From the NCBI GenBank assembly GCA_045545595.1, contig JAZQBG010000019.1, positions 1 to 22,136 on the forward strand: DNA of 22,136 nt, read 5' to 3'. This document shows, one piece after another, positions 13,517 through 22,136 of the stretch. How positions within the stretch are numbered: position 1 is the stretch's first letter; the number at the start of each line of letters is the position of its first letter. The position numbers and the translations under genes were made by a program. Source of the DNA: Bacilli bacterium (GTDB lineage Bacteria; Bacillota_I; Bacilli_A; RF39; UBA660). Below the pieces are notes generated by a model, which saw only the letters and a list, made by a program, of their open reading frames with translations, ran no database searches and was not told the origin of the DNA.

Positions 13517-14928
13517 GCAATTTGTGGGGTGTTGCTATCTATTGCTGCAAAGGTATATCCTGCATTTTGACAAGTAGTTATTATATCTTTTAAAGCATTT
13601 AATGTTTTATAGTTGTTTTCAAAATCATGCATTAATACTACATTTGTTTTAGTAGGTGATATTCCTTTTATAACGTTATTATAAACGTCATTTTTGTTAT
13701 TTGCACCACCAGCATCACCACTAGCAACATTCCAGTCAAAATAAGTAAAACCTTTTTCTGTAACTGAACTAACTAATCTACTCATTATACCAATATTAAA
13801 TTGTTTGCTTACTGTATTTGAACTTCCTCCTGGGAATCTTATTATTTTACTTTCTACGCCTGTAATATTTTTAACTTTATTACTTATAGAATATAAATCA
13901 TTAAAGTAAGCATCTTCAGATTTATATATTTGATTGTATTGATGTGTACATGTATGAAGAGCGATAGTATGTCCTTCATCATATGCTCTTTTTATTAGGT
14001 AATTTAATGAATCACTTTTACATGTTACAAAAAATGTTGCTTTAACACCAGTTTCTTTTAATACATCAAGTACTTTTGGAGTGATTGAAGCACTAGGACC
14101 ATCGTCAAAAGTTAAATATATCATTGATGATTTATATGTTCCTTGTTTAATTTGTACTTTATTATTATATACATTTATTTTTCTTGATACTATACTTTCA
14201 TTACCACTTTTATCATTAACCTTATATTGTATTTCATAACTACCCACTTTATTTACATCTATATTATTAGTTATCTTTACTTCACTAGTCAAATCACCAT
14301 CACAATTATCTAATGCACTATATCCCGGTTCATTATAGGCTTGTCCAATTGGAATAGTTAATGACTCATTTCCATTTAGTGTAATTGTAGGAGCTTCAGT
14401 ATCTTCAAATTTTAATTTTCTTTCAATATTAGTTGCATTACCAGAACTATCTTTAACTGTATATTTTATTAAATCTTTATTATTAATTATTTTAACTTTA
14501 TCACTAATATCTCCATCATGATTATCAATCGCACTATAACCTAATTCCTCATATTCTTTATTAGGACAAACTGATACTTCTTCTCCACCTACTAATTCAA
14601 TTATAGGAGCTTCTTCATCTACTACCTTAACATTTCTAGTAATCGATTTATTAATTAATCCATTTTTATAAATATATTTTATTTTGTATGTTCCAACTTT
14701 GTTAGTATTAACTTTACCTTTAATCTTGATATTATAATTATTATTACCAAATAGATTTTTAGCTTTAACACCTAATTCTTTATATTCTCCGTTTAACGAT
14801 ACTATTTGATTATTATCTCCATTTAATTTTAAACTTGGAATATACGCAAAATATACACTTATTGTTAAAGCAATTAAGAACAACAAAACAGAAATTATTA
14901 TAATCATAACCTTTTTCATACTACTCAC
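13498..14928 (-). CDS. Membrane-anchored polysaccharide (peptidoglycan) deacetylase: N-terminal TM, three Ig-like repeats, C-terminal NodB domain
   Basis: 476 aa with an N-terminal hydrophobic helix. Repeated units have the form EAPxIxLxG...Y.E.GY.A.DN.DGD. NodB motifs are present: LTFDDGP, HTCTHQ, IRFPGG. The start may be ATG 14919 rather than GTG 14928. Confidence 0.85.
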   Translation of the reverse strand: MSSMKKVMIIIISVLLFLIALTISVYFAYIPSLKLNGDNNQIVSLNGEYKELGVKAKNLFGNNNYNIKIKGKVNTNKVGTYKIKYIYKNGLINKSITRNVKVVDEEAPIIELVGGEEVSVCPNKEYEELGYSAIDNHDGDISDKVKIINNKDLIKYTVKDSSGNATNIERKLKFEDTEAPTITLNGNESLTIPIGQAYNEPGYSALDNCDGDLTSEVKITNNIDVNKVGSYEIQYKVNDKSGNESIVSRKINVYNNKVQIKQGTYKSSMIYLTFDDGPSASITPKVLDVLKETGVKATFFVTCKSDSLNYLIKRAYDEGHTIALHTCTHQYNQIYKSEDAYFNDLYSISNKVKNITGVESKIIRFPGGSSNTVSKQFNIGIMSRLVSSVTEKGFTYFDWNVASGDAGGANNKNDVYNNVIKGISPTKTNVVLMHDFENNYKTLNALKDIITTCQNAGYTFAAIDSNTPQIAHTVNN

Positions 14929-15004
14929 TATCCTACACTCACACCAATTATATCACCTTTCTCAAGTTTTTTGTCAAAATATGTTTCAAAATAAATATAA
15001 TTAA

Positions 15005-15718
15005 TTGGGAAGTGATATTTTGTTATTTAATTTATTAGTTGAACTTATTAAGAACAGTATATTTTTAACAGGTTCTTATAGTAATAATGTTTTTCCAGAT
15101 CCTTTAAGTAAAGAGGAAGAAGAAGAATGTATAAAAAATCTTCAATTAGGTAACAAAGATGCAAGAAATAAACTTATTGAACATAATTTAAGGTTGGTTG
15201 CGCATATTATTAAAAAATTTGAGAAAAACAATAACGACAACGATGATTTAATTAGTATTGGTACAATTGGTTTAATTAAAGGAATTGATACATATAAAGA
15301 TAAACATGGTACTAGAATAACTACTTACTGTGCGAGATGTATCGAAAATGAGATATTGATGTATTTTAGAAGCAATAAGAAAAATGATAAGAATATTAGT
15401 ATTAATGAAAGTATTGGTTATGATAAAGATGGTAATGAAATTACCTTTATTGATATATTAAAAACACCTAATCCTGATTTTGTAGATGATATATATACTA
15501 AAGACAATGTAGCTTTATTAAAAGAATATATGGGAGTTTTAACCGAAAGAGAAAAATTAATAATTGCGAAAAGATACGGATTATTTGGTAGTGATGAAAT
15601 GACACAAAAAGAAATCGCGAAAGAGTTAAAAATTTCTAGAAGTTATGTTTCTAGAATAGAAAAAAGAGCACTTACTAAAATGTTAAGAGAATTTATAAAA
15701 AGTAAAAATATTGATTAA
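15005..15718 (+). CDS. sigK: Sporulation sigma factor, pro-sigma-K
   Basis: LIEHNLRLVAHIIKKFE, DLISIGTIGLIKGI, ARCIENEILMY and ISRSYVSRIEKRAL closely match B. subtilis SigK as I recall it. The N-terminal hydrophobic pro-sequence ends ...SYSNNVFPDPLS. There is no ATG, so the start is TTG at 15005 or 15020. The gene is uninterrupted (no skin-like insertion). Confidence 0.85.
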   Translation: MGSDILLFNLLVELIKNSIFLTGSYSNNVFPDPLSKEEEEECIKNLQLGNKDARNKLIEHNLRLVAHIIKKFEKNNNDNDDLISIGTIGLIKGIDTYKDKHGTRITTYCARCIENEILMYFRSNKKNDKNISINESIGYDKDGNEITFIDILKTPNPDFVDDIYTKDNVALLKEYMGVLTEREKLIIAKRYGLFGSDEMTQKEIAKELKISRSYVSRIEKRALTKMLREFIKSKNID

Positions 15719-15742
15719 AATCTCGTAATAGAGATTTTTTTA
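15717..15742 (+). terminator. Rho-independent terminator after sigK
   Basis: AAAATCTC-GTAATA-GAGATTTT hairpin followed by a T run. Confidence 0.7.
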
Positions 15743-15748
15743 ATGTAT

Positions 15749-15773
15749 CAAAAAAAGAACTATTTCTAGTTCT
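15749..15773 (-). terminator. Rho-independent terminator after csp
   Basis: AGAACTA-(4 nt)-TAGTTCT hairpin directly after the stop, with a U7 run on the minus strand. Confidence 0.7.
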
Positions 15774-15995
15774 TTAGATACTAATCTTTTCTTCTTCGAT
15801 TACTTTAACATTAGTTGCTTGTAAACCTTTTTCAGTTTCCACTAAATCAAATACTACTCTTTGGCCCTCTTCAAGACTTTTAAAGCCCTTGCCTGGAATG
15901 ATTGAATAATGAACAAATATGTCATTTCCTTGTTCGTCAACAATGAAACCATATCCTTTAACATTATTGAACCATTTTACGATTCCTGTTTTCAT
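15774..15995 (-). CDS. Cold-shock protein (CspA family)
   Basis: 73 aa reading [18 protein letters not shown]...DIFVHYS, with the RNP1/RNP2 motifs of cold-shock domains. AAAGGAG RBS. Confidence 0.9.
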   Translation of the reverse strand: MKTGIVKWFNNVKGYGFIVDEQGNDIFVHYSIIPGKGFKSLEEGQRVVFDLVETEKGLQATNVKVIEEEKISI

Positions 15996-16209
15996 AATAT
16001 TCTCCTTTTACATTTCAAACTGCTGTACATAACTACTCCGGTGCTAGCAATATGGAGTACTGTTTTATATTAGCATTTAATTTACAAAAAAAGACATTTT
16101 TTGCATAAATAAAATGTTTAGTCCACAACAAGTAAGATTTTTGTAAAAAAGAGAAACCGGTTATACTTTTAATCATAAATACACTAACATTTATGATTAA
16201 AACAGGAAT

Positions 16210-16944
16210 TTATTCTCCTGTTTTAACTAATTCTCTAAGTCCCTTAACACTTCTTATAGAAATGTTACCTCTTAATATATCACCATTGTCAAATGTAATC
16301 GCATTCTTATTAAAATCACATTTTTTAATTTTTTTAGTATTAATAATGCATCCCTTATTAATTTTATAGAAATCCCTATTTACCTGTCTTTCAAAAAAAT
16401 ATAAAGGTTTTTTTACATCATACTTTTTATTCTTAGTAGTTATAACACACTTTCTTTCCATTGTGTCAGTTTCAATTCTATACACATCGTCATATTTTAA
16501 ATTATAATCAACCTTTTCTACTTGAAATTTAATAGACTTTTTATATCCAAATATTCCTAGTGATAGATCTACTAATTCTATTATATTTTTATCGTAATTA
16601 ACACTTTTACACACATAATCTAAAAGCGCTAATCTTAGTCTTTGAGCTTCACTAAGTAATTCTTTATACCCAGTTTCTAAAATAATAATACTGTCATAAT
16701 CACACTTTGATCTAATATCATTTGCGATATCTATTCCCGAATCATCATTTTGTAATTCGATATCTAAAATATAAATGTAATGACCATCATCGGAATGTTC
16801 AACAATCTTTTTTAATTTATCAGTATAACTTTCAAAAGTTTTAATTGTGTAATTTATATTTGTATTCATCATATAACTTTCAATAATATCTTTAGTTCTT
16901 ACCCTATAACTTTTATTATCTTCAACTATAATAATATTTACCAC
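16210..16944 (-). CDS. LytTR-family response regulator (REC + LytTR DNA-binding domain), no adjacent kinase
   Basis: GTG 16944 is preferred because AAGAGGAG lies 7 nt upstream (the track extends to 17004). N-terminus reads VNIIIVEDN ... YILDIEL, a receiver domain. The C-terminal LytTR-like region reads VYRIETDTMERKCVITTKNKKY...FYKINKGCIINTKKI. Confidence 0.8.
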   Translation of the reverse strand: MVNIIIVEDNKSYRVRTKDIIESYMMNTNINYTIKTFESYTDKLKKIVEHSDDGHYIYILDIELQNDDSGIDIANDIRSKCDYDSIIILETGYKELLSEAQRLRLALLDYVCKSVNYDKNIIELVDLSLGIFGYKKSIKFQVEKVDYNLKYDDVYRIETDTMERKCVITTKNKKYDVKKPLYFFERQVNRDFYKINKGCIINTKKIKKCDFNKNAITFDNGDILRGNISIRSVKGLRELVKTGE

Positions 16945-17116
16945 ACTACCACTCCTCTTATTATAACAACATTTTATCACATAACTTATTCTATTAGCAA
17001 ACAATTTCTTTCCAAAATTAAAGTCTTTTTAAATATTTTTATCAATATATATATTAGGTACTATTAATTCTAAATTTCGACAATCACTTAAGCTACAATT
17101 GTCTTAGGTGATTTAG

Positions 17117-17575
17117 ATGAAAAATAAAATAATTATTCCAAGTATTCTTTCTTTAATGATAGGTTCATACCTAGGTTTTATAATTTTTAGGCAGTATAAA
17201 ACTACTAGTCAAAGTGTTTTTTCGGAGACAACAATAATATATTTTTTGCAACAAGGAGTGTATTCTTCAAAAGAAAGTATGGAGGATAATACTAAACTAC
17301 TTAGTGAGTATATATATACTTTAGAAGATGGTCAGTATAGAGTATTTGTTGGTATTACAACTGATAAGTCAAATTCTGAGAAAATTAAAGAAATATTTAA
17401 CAACAGAGGTATAGATATCTATATTAAAGAAAGAAATATTGAAGATATGGCATTCGTTGAAAAACTTAAACAATATGATGAAATAATTAGAACTTCAAAT
17501 GATGAAAGTGCAATACTAGAATTAGAAAGTCAAATATTAAATGAATATGAATTGGTGGTGAAGGAAAATAACTAA
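17117..17575 (+). CDS. Membrane-anchored protein with a probable SPOR-like domain
   Basis: 152 aa with AGGTGA RBS and an N-terminal TM segment. YFLQQGVYSSKESMEDN...GQYRVFVGITTDKSNSEKIKEIF resembles the SPOR repeat pattern. Confidence 0.5.
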   Translation: MKNKIIIPSILSLMIGSYLGFIIFRQYKTTSQSVFSETTIIYFLQQGVYSSKESMEDNTKLLSEYIYTLEDGQYRVFVGITTDKSNSEKIKEIFNNRGIDIYIKERNIEDMAFVEKLKQYDEIIRTSNDESAILELESQILNEYELVVKENN

Positions 17576-18251
17576 ATTTAAAGATTTAATTGATGAAGAA
17601 AAACCTAGAGAAAGATTTTTAAGATATGGTGTAAGTAATCTATCTAATGAAGATTTAATATCTATTATTTTAAAAACTGGAACCAAGGATTTTTCAGTTA
17701 AAGAAGTAAGTAATAATGTATTAAGTGAAATAGAAAATATACAAGGTTTAAAAGATATAACAGTTAATAAACTTATGTCTATCAAAGGAATTGGAAAAAC
17801 AAAAGCAATTGAATTAATTAGTGCGATAGAACTTGGAAGAAGAGTTCATACTAAAGAAGAAAAAATTTGTAAAAAGATTAAAACTCCAGAAGACACTTTT
17901 CTATATATGGAAAGTAGATTACTAAATAAAAAGAAAGAACATTTTTATGTTATATATTTAGATACTAAATCAAATGTAATTGAAGTTAAATTATTGTTTA
18001 TTGGTGGATTAAATGAATGTGTTATAGATATTAGAGAAATTTTTAAAAATGCACATTTACTTAGCGCACATTCTTTTATTTGTGTACATAATCATCCTAG
18101 TGGAGATCCTACTCCATCAAAGTCTGATGACATTAATACAATTGAATTAATAAAAATTGGAAAATTGCAAAAAATATTACTAAAAGACCATATTATAATT
18201 GGAAATGGGAAATACTATAGTTACTACGAAAATGGGAAATATATGTTTTAA
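17568..18251 (+). CDS. radC: RadC-family JAMM protein (start codon uncertain)
   Basis: The track ORF (17775-18251) contains HNHPSGDPTPSKSD (JAMM motif). The same frame is open back to 17562 and encodes the conserved RadC N-terminal HhH region (FKDLIDEEKPRERFLRYGVSNLSNEDLISIILKTGTK...). There is no ATG, GTG or TTG before 17775; ATA 17568 and ATT 17589 are the only near-cognate options. Confidence 0.7.
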   Translation: MTKFKDLIDEEKPRERFLRYGVSNLSNEDLISIILKTGTKDFSVKEVSNNVLSEIENIQGLKDITVNKLMSIKGIGKTKAIELISAIELGRRVHTKEEKICKKIKTPEDTFLYMESRLLNKKKEHFYVIYLDTKSNVIEVKLLFIGGLNECVIDIREIFKNAHLLSAHSFICVHNHPSGDPTPSKSDDINTIELIKIGKLQKILLKDHIIIGNGKYYSYYENGKYMF

Positions 18252-18279
18252 AAATTTTAAATATATATTATAATCTATA

Positions 18280-19152
18280 ATGGGATGTGGTATAATGCAC
18301 AAAAAAAATAAAAAAAGACTCGAAGCAAAATATATTATATTAATTGTAATAGGTACAATAATACTTTTGTTGTCTATATACGCTTATATAATAAAGGATA
18401 AGAGAGAATTAAATAAATTTGAACAAATATTAAAAGACACTGTTATTACAGTAGAAAATATAGTTTTATTCCCATTTAGATATGTAACTAATGGAATAAC
18501 CCAGTTTATAAATTTAAAAGATGTATATAAAGAAAATGAAATACTGAAAAAAAACTTAGATAGATATGATTTAATATATACCCAAAATCAAGAATTAAAA
18601 AAACAAATCGAAGAATTAAAAGAATTAACTAATATTGATTATGTATTAACTGACTATGAGTATTTAAATGCAGCAGTAATAAATAGAAATTTAGGTTATT
18701 GGTATGATACTGTTACAATAAATAAAGGTAGCAAAGATGGTATCAAAAAGGACATGGCAGTAATTACAAGTAAAGGTTTAGTTGGTAAGATAACTAAAAC
18801 CACATCGTTTAACAGTGAAGTTAAATTAATTACCTCTAGTAATTCAAATAATAGAATTTCAGTAATAATTGATAATAATGGCGAACAATCATATGGAATT
18901 TTATCTGGATACGATGAAAAGAAAAATTTACTAACTATTGAAGGAATAAGCGATAATAAAGAAATACCAAAAGACGCTATAGCTTATACAAGTGGATTAA
19001 ATGATTTATTTCCTAGTGGAATTAGAATTGGTACTGTAAAAGAGGTGAAAAAAGATAATTATGGTTTATCTAAAATTGTCTATATAGAACCAGCAAGTGA
19101 ATTAGGCGAATTAAATACAGTCAGTGTATTAAAAAGGAAAGATGATAAATGA
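18280..19152 (+). CDS. mreC: Rod shape-determining protein MreC
   Basis: 290 aa with an N-terminal TM, a coiled coil, GLVGKITKTTSFNSEVKLITSSNS and SGLNDLFPSGIRIGTV. It is followed by mreD with an ATGA overlap. The start could be ATG 18295. Confidence 0.85.
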   Translation: MGCGIMHKKNKKRLEAKYIILIVIGTIILLLSIYAYIIKDKRELNKFEQILKDTVITVENIVLFPFRYVTNGITQFINLKDVYKENEILKKNLDRYDLIYTQNQELKKQIEELKELTNIDYVLTDYEYLNAAVINRNLGYWYDTVTINKGSKDGIKKDMAVITSKGLVGKITKTTSFNSEVKLITSSNSNNRISVIIDNNGEQSYGILSGYDEKKNLLTIEGISDNKEIPKDAIAYTSGLNDLFPSGIRIGTVKEVKKDNYGLSKIVYIEPASELGELNTVSVLKRKDDK

Positions 19153-19658
19153 TTTTTGGAATAATAATAATTACTATATCTTTTCTTTTAGATTCTTTTT
19201 TATCAATGTATATTCCAATAACAGTATCTAACTATAATTTACTAGTACCTATGTTTACAATTGTTTCGTTAATATTGATATATCCATATTTTAACAATGA
19301 TGAAAAAAATTATTTGATAACATGTTCAGTATTTGGATTATTATATGATATTACTTTTACTAATACTTTTGGACTTAATACTGCCCTATTCTTTGGCCTT
19401 GGTTGTATTATTATATTCCTAGATGGTGCGTTATCAAATAATCTATTTAGTTTAATTGTTAAGATGTTAATAGTAATAATATTATATGATGTGATAACAT
19501 ACTTAATATTATTGTTATTAAATTATATTGATTATGGGATATTAACTCTAGTAGTAAAAATTGGGAAATCATTAATATTAAATACAATTTACTTAACGGT
19601 AACTTACTTTATAACTAATATGATAGCAAAAAAGTTACATATTAAAAAGACAATATAA
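19149..19658 (+). CDS. mreD: Rod shape-determining protein MreD
   Basis: 169-aa polytopic membrane protein, translationally coupled to mreC. Assigned by position and hydrophobicity. Confidence 0.7.
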   Translation: MIFGIIIITISFLLDSFLSMYIPITVSNYNLLVPMFTIVSLILIYPYFNNDEKNYLITCSVFGLLYDITFTNTFGLNTALFFGLGCIIIFLDGALSNNLFSLIVKMLIVIILYDVITYLILLLLNYIDYGILTLVVKIGKSLILNTIYLTVTYFITNMIAKKLHIKKTI

Positions 19659-19660
19659 AA

Positions 19661-19700
19661 AGTTGAGCAATAAAATTAATTATTGTTCAACTTTTTCTTT
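19661..19700 (+). terminator. Rho-independent terminator after mreCD (overlaps the 3' end of the convergent rnj)
   Basis: 13-bp stem 19661-19673 / 19680-19692. It has one G-U pair on the plus strand, which would be a C-A mismatch on the minus strand. TTTTCTTTTT follows. Confidence 0.65.
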
Positions 19701-21377
19701 TTTAGTATTCATTACAATTGGTAATATAATTGGATTTCTACCTGTTTCATCTTTTATAAAACTAGACACTCCGTTTACAATTGAATATTTTAAATCATTA
19801 TAATTAAATGATTCTTTGCTAGATAAATGTTTTTGGATAATTGTAGTAGCGATCTCTTCAATCTTCTTAATTAATTCAACATTTTCATTAACTAATACAA
19901 ATCCTCTAGTTGTAATATTAGGCGCTACTAGTAATTTTTTGTTATCAACATCAATTGATGCAATAACAACTAATATTCCATCACTAGACATTATCTTTCT
20001 ATCTTTAATAACTAGGTTACCTATGTCCCCTATTCTGTTACCATCAACATATACATCACTAGCAGGTACACTACCTTGTTTTTTAATACCATTTTTAGAA
20101 AGTGATAATACTTCACCATTTTCTAAAACAAAGGTTTTATTTTTCGGTATTCCTAATTCTACACCAATATCAGCATGTTGTTTTAACATTCTAAATTCCC
20201 CATGTACTGGCATAAAATATTCAGGATCTATTAATCTTAACATTAATTTTAATTCTTCTTCTTTAGCATGTCCTGAAGTGTGAACTTCACTTAACATTGT
20301 ATTATTGTATACTTTCGCACCCTTTAAATATAGTTTATTAATTACTTTTGATACAGATAAACCATTACCAGGAATTGGCGATGAAGATAGTATTACTACA
20401 TCATTTGGTAATAATTTTATTAATTTATGAGAACCATTTGCGATTCTAGAAAGCGCAGCTAAAGGTTCACCTTGAGATCCTGTACATAGTAAACAAACTT
20501 TATTTGGAGCCATTTTTCTAGCTTCTTCAGGAGTTATAAATATAGATTTATCTTTAATATATCCACCTTGAACTGCAATTTCGATAGAGGTTTCCATACT
20601 TCTACCAAAAAGCGCAATTTTTCTTCCATTTTTTCTACAAGTTTCAACAATATGTTTTAAACGATAAATATTAGATGCAAATGTCGCAAGTATTATTCTA
20701 TTTTCAGTTTCTCTTGAGAATATATCTGATAAGGTTTCATCAACTTTTGATTCACTTAAACTAAATCCTTCTGATAAAGCATTAGTACTATCACTAAGTA
20801 ATAGCTTAACCCCTTTTTTACCAACTGAAGCCATTTTATGTATATTAGCGTTAGGTCCAATTGGTGTCATGTCAAATTTAAAATCTCCTGTAGCAACTAT
20901 TGTTCCATTAGGTGTATGAACCACTATTCCATGTGAATCAGGAATTGAGTGTGTAGTTGCGAAAAACTCTACATCAAAAAATTTAGATTTGATTCTAGTT
21001 TTCTCATTATATGTTACTAATCCCTTAAAAGGAATATTTCTTTCTTCAAGCTTTTTTCTAATTAAAGGAACAGCTTGATTAGGTGCATATATTGTAGGAA
21101 TATTAACCGACTGTAATAAAAATGGAATACCTCCAATATGGTCCTCATGACCATGTGTTATTATAAGACATTTGATTTTTTCTTGATTTTTCTTTAAAAA
21201 AGTATAATCTGGAATTACGTAATCAATTCCTAATAATTCATCTTCAGGAAACATTACTCCAGAATCAATTATAATTATTTCAGAATTATGCATAACAACG
21301 TACATATTTTTCCCCACTTCGCCTAATCCACCAAGTGCGAAAACTTTAGTATCGTCGTTAGTATTAAAAAGTTTCAT
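19680..21377 (-). CDS. rnj: Ribonuclease J (metallo-beta-lactamase / beta-CASP)
   Basis: 565 aa reading FALGGLGEVGKNMY ... ITHGHEDHIGG ... HTSGHA, with the typical RNase J length and motifs. AAAGGAGAA RBS. Confidence 0.9.
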   Translation of the reverse strand: MKLFNTNDDTKVFALGGLGEVGKNMYVVMHNSEIIIIDSGVMFPEDELLGIDYVIPDYTFLKKNQEKIKCLIITHGHEDHIGGIPFLLQSVNIPTIYAPNQAVPLIRKKLEERNIPFKGLVTYNEKTRIKSKFFDVEFFATTHSIPDSHGIVVHTPNGTIVATGDFKFDMTPIGPNANIHKMASVGKKGVKLLLSDSTNALSEGFSLSESKVDETLSDIFSRETENRIILATFASNIYRLKHIVETCRKNGRKIALFGRSMETSIEIAVQGGYIKDKSIFITPEEARKMAPNKVCLLCTGSQGEPLAALSRIANGSHKLIKLLPNDVVILSSSPIPGNGLSVSKVINKLYLKGAKVYNNTMLSEVHTSGHAKEEELKLMLRLIDPEYFMPVHGEFRMLKQHADIGVELGIPKNKTFVLENGEVLSLSKNGIKKQGSVPASDVYVDGNRIGDIGNLVIKDRKIMSSDGILVVIASIDVDNKKLLVAPNITTRGFVLVNENVELIKKIEEIATTIIQKHLSSKESFNYNDLKYSIVNGVSSFIKDETGRNPIILPIVMNTKKEKVEQ

Positions 21378-21490
21378 ATTTTCTCCTTTCTTCTTTTTTA
21401 TATTTTTTTCATCGCTACCTAATTATATAAAATTTTAATCGTTTTGTCTATAAGTAATTCAGTAGTTTAATTAATATAAAAATTTGATAT

Positions 21491-21525
21491 AAATTAAAAA
21501 CAAACTCCACAAAAAGAGTTTGTTT
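21491..21525 (-). terminator. Rho-independent terminator of the tRNA operon
   Basis: 10-bp stem AAACAAACTC / GAGTTTGTTT (21498-21525) with a U-rich tract downstream on the minus strand. Confidence 0.65.
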
Positions 21526-21535
21526 AATTACTTAA

Positions 21536-21611
21536 TGGTGTCCCGCCCGAGGCTCGAACTCGGGACCCTTTGATTAAAAGTCAAATGCTCTACCAACTGA
21601 GCTAACGGGAC
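21536..21611 (-). tRNA. tRNA-Lys (anticodon UUU)
   Basis: The reverse complement GUCCCGUUAGCUCAGUUGGUAGAGCAUUUGACUUUUAAUCAAAGGGUCCCGAGUUCGAGCCUCGGGCGGGACACCA folds as a cloverleaf. Anticodon loop CUUUUAA; encoded CCA. Confidence 0.93.
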
Positions 21612-21619
21612 AAATAATT

Positions 21620-21694
21620 TGGCTGCCTCGGCTAGATTCGAACTAGCGCATGTCAGAGTCAAAGTCTGATGCCTTACCGCTTGGCTACGAGGCA
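21620..21694 (-). tRNA. tRNA-Gln (anticodon UUG)
   Basis: Reverse complement UGCCUCGUAGCCAAGCGGUAAGGCAUCAGACUUUGACUCUGA...GCAGCCA. Anticodon loop CUUUGAC. Resembles Firmicutes tRNA-Gln. Confidence 0.9.
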
Positions 21695-21709
21695 ATCATT
21701 CAAAAAGAC

Positions 21710-21793
21710 TGGTGGAGGGAGATGGATTTGAACCATCGAACCCGAAGGAACAGATTTACAGACTGCCGCGTTTGACCACTTCGCTACCCTTCC
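21710..21793 (-). tRNA. tRNA-Tyr (anticodon GUA, long variable arm)
   Basis: Reverse complement GGAAGGGUAGCGAAGUGGUCAAACGCGGCAGUCUGUAAAUCUGUUCCUUCGGGUUCGAUGGUUCAAAUCCAUCUCCCUCCACCA. Close to B. subtilis tRNA-Tyr as I recall it. Confidence 0.88.
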
Positions 21794-21800
21794 AAAAAAA

Positions 21801-21876
<76 letters not shown>

Positions 21877-21883
21877 AAAAAAA

Positions 21884-21960
21884 TGGTGGGCGATATAGGA
21901 CTCGAACCTATGACCCCTTGCTTGTAAGGCAAGTGCTCTAACCAACTGAGCTAATCGCCC
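21884..21960 (-). tRNA. tRNA-Val (anticodon UAC)
   Basis: Reverse complement GGGCGAUUAGCUCAGUUGGUUAGAGCACUUGCCUUACAAGCAAGGGGUCAUAGGUUCGAGUCCUAUAUCGCCCACCA. Confidence 0.92.
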
Positions 21961-21980
21961 GAAAAACATTGACGTAATTT

Positions 21981-22009
21981 AATATACCACGCATACATAA
22001 TTTTGTCAA
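21981..22009 (-). promoter_or_regulatory. Sigma-A promoter of the tRNA operon
   Basis: Minus strand: TTGACA (22009-22004), a 17-nt spacer ending in TGG, then TATATT (21986-21981). The -10 lies about 20 nt upstream of tRNA-Val. Confidence 0.7.
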
Positions 22010-22016
22010 TACTATT

Positions 22017-22136
22017 TTATTGATTTTTTATTTTTTTTAAAGATTCCTCTATCCAAATAGGTAACCAATACTCTAAAGTTCTAAAACCAAGGGACGTTTC
22101 TCTAATCCACTTAAGTTTAATAAACATTTTCTTTTT
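22017..22136 (-). CDS. 3' end of an ORF entering from the right edge, or a 36-aa small ORF (MFIKLKWIRETSLGFRTLEYWLPIWIEESLKKIKNQ)
   Basis: The frame is open from the window edge to TAA at 22019-22017. No function can be assigned. Confidence 0.25.
   Translation of the reverse strand, partial: KKKMFIKLKWIRETSLGFRTLEYWLPIWIEESLKKIKNQ

Noticed and set aside
17559-17580. Programmed +1 frameshift fusing the SPOR-domain protein to RadC (the RadC frame is +1 relative to the upstream gene, which ends AAC TAA)
   Set aside because: The SPOR protein is membrane-anchored and extracytoplasmic, whereas RadC is cytoplasmic. There is no recognisable slippery site, and the fusion makes little biological sense.
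17537-17785. Minus-strand 82-aa ORF
   Set aside because: It is antisense to the in-frame conserved RadC N-terminal region and the end of the SPOR gene, with no supporting signals.
19816-20283. Plus-strand 155-aa ORF
   Set aside because: It is antisense to RNase J, which is unambiguous.

Overview
AT-rich (about one-quarter G+C by eye) chromosomal segment from a spore-forming Bacillota (Firmicutes) bacterium. From 7.3 to 22.1 kb it is mostly ordinary core genome: an RnfC-like/RnfD-like pair, yqeG-yqeH, a NodB-type polysaccharide deacetylase, pro-sigma-K, a cold-shock protein, an orphan LytTR response regulator, SPOR protein-radC-mreC-mreD, RNase J, and a five-tRNA operon (Val-Thr-Tyr-Gln-Lys, minus strand). 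The left 7.3 kb is an accessory island, all on the minus strand, that I read as a complete diversity-generating retroelement (DGR). It has an Avd-like gene, a 74-nt template repeat (TR, 6527-6600), a ~220-nt spacer, a DGR-type reverse transcriptase (LGNQSSQ and YMDD motifs), and two paralogous target genes, each with a 74-nt variable repeat (VR1 4941-5014, VR2 1059-1132). By hand alignment, 13 of 17 TR/VR mismatches fall on TR adenines (coding strand). The other 4 lie in the last 15 nt, as expected for an IMH-like end. The variable region is unusual in two ways: it encodes residues 71-94 of a small N-terminal domain with no signal peptide, and that domain is fused to an AAA+ (MoxR/AAA_5-like) ATPase. 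The operon also encodes a small degenerate AAA-like protein and a VWA + HExxH metallopeptidase protein, and the target module is at least partly duplicated. I interpret this as a hypervariable intracellular sensor-ATPase-VWA/protease system, possibly a conflict or defence system. Its novelty cannot be checked from here. A second oddity lies at 8485-8866: promoter, two tandem 49-nt repeats that fold as H-type pseudoknots with compensatory changes, a strong terminator, then a 52-aa ORF. This resembles a type III toxin-antitoxin layout or a tandem riboswitch. All calls come from reading the sequence and ORF track; no searches were run.
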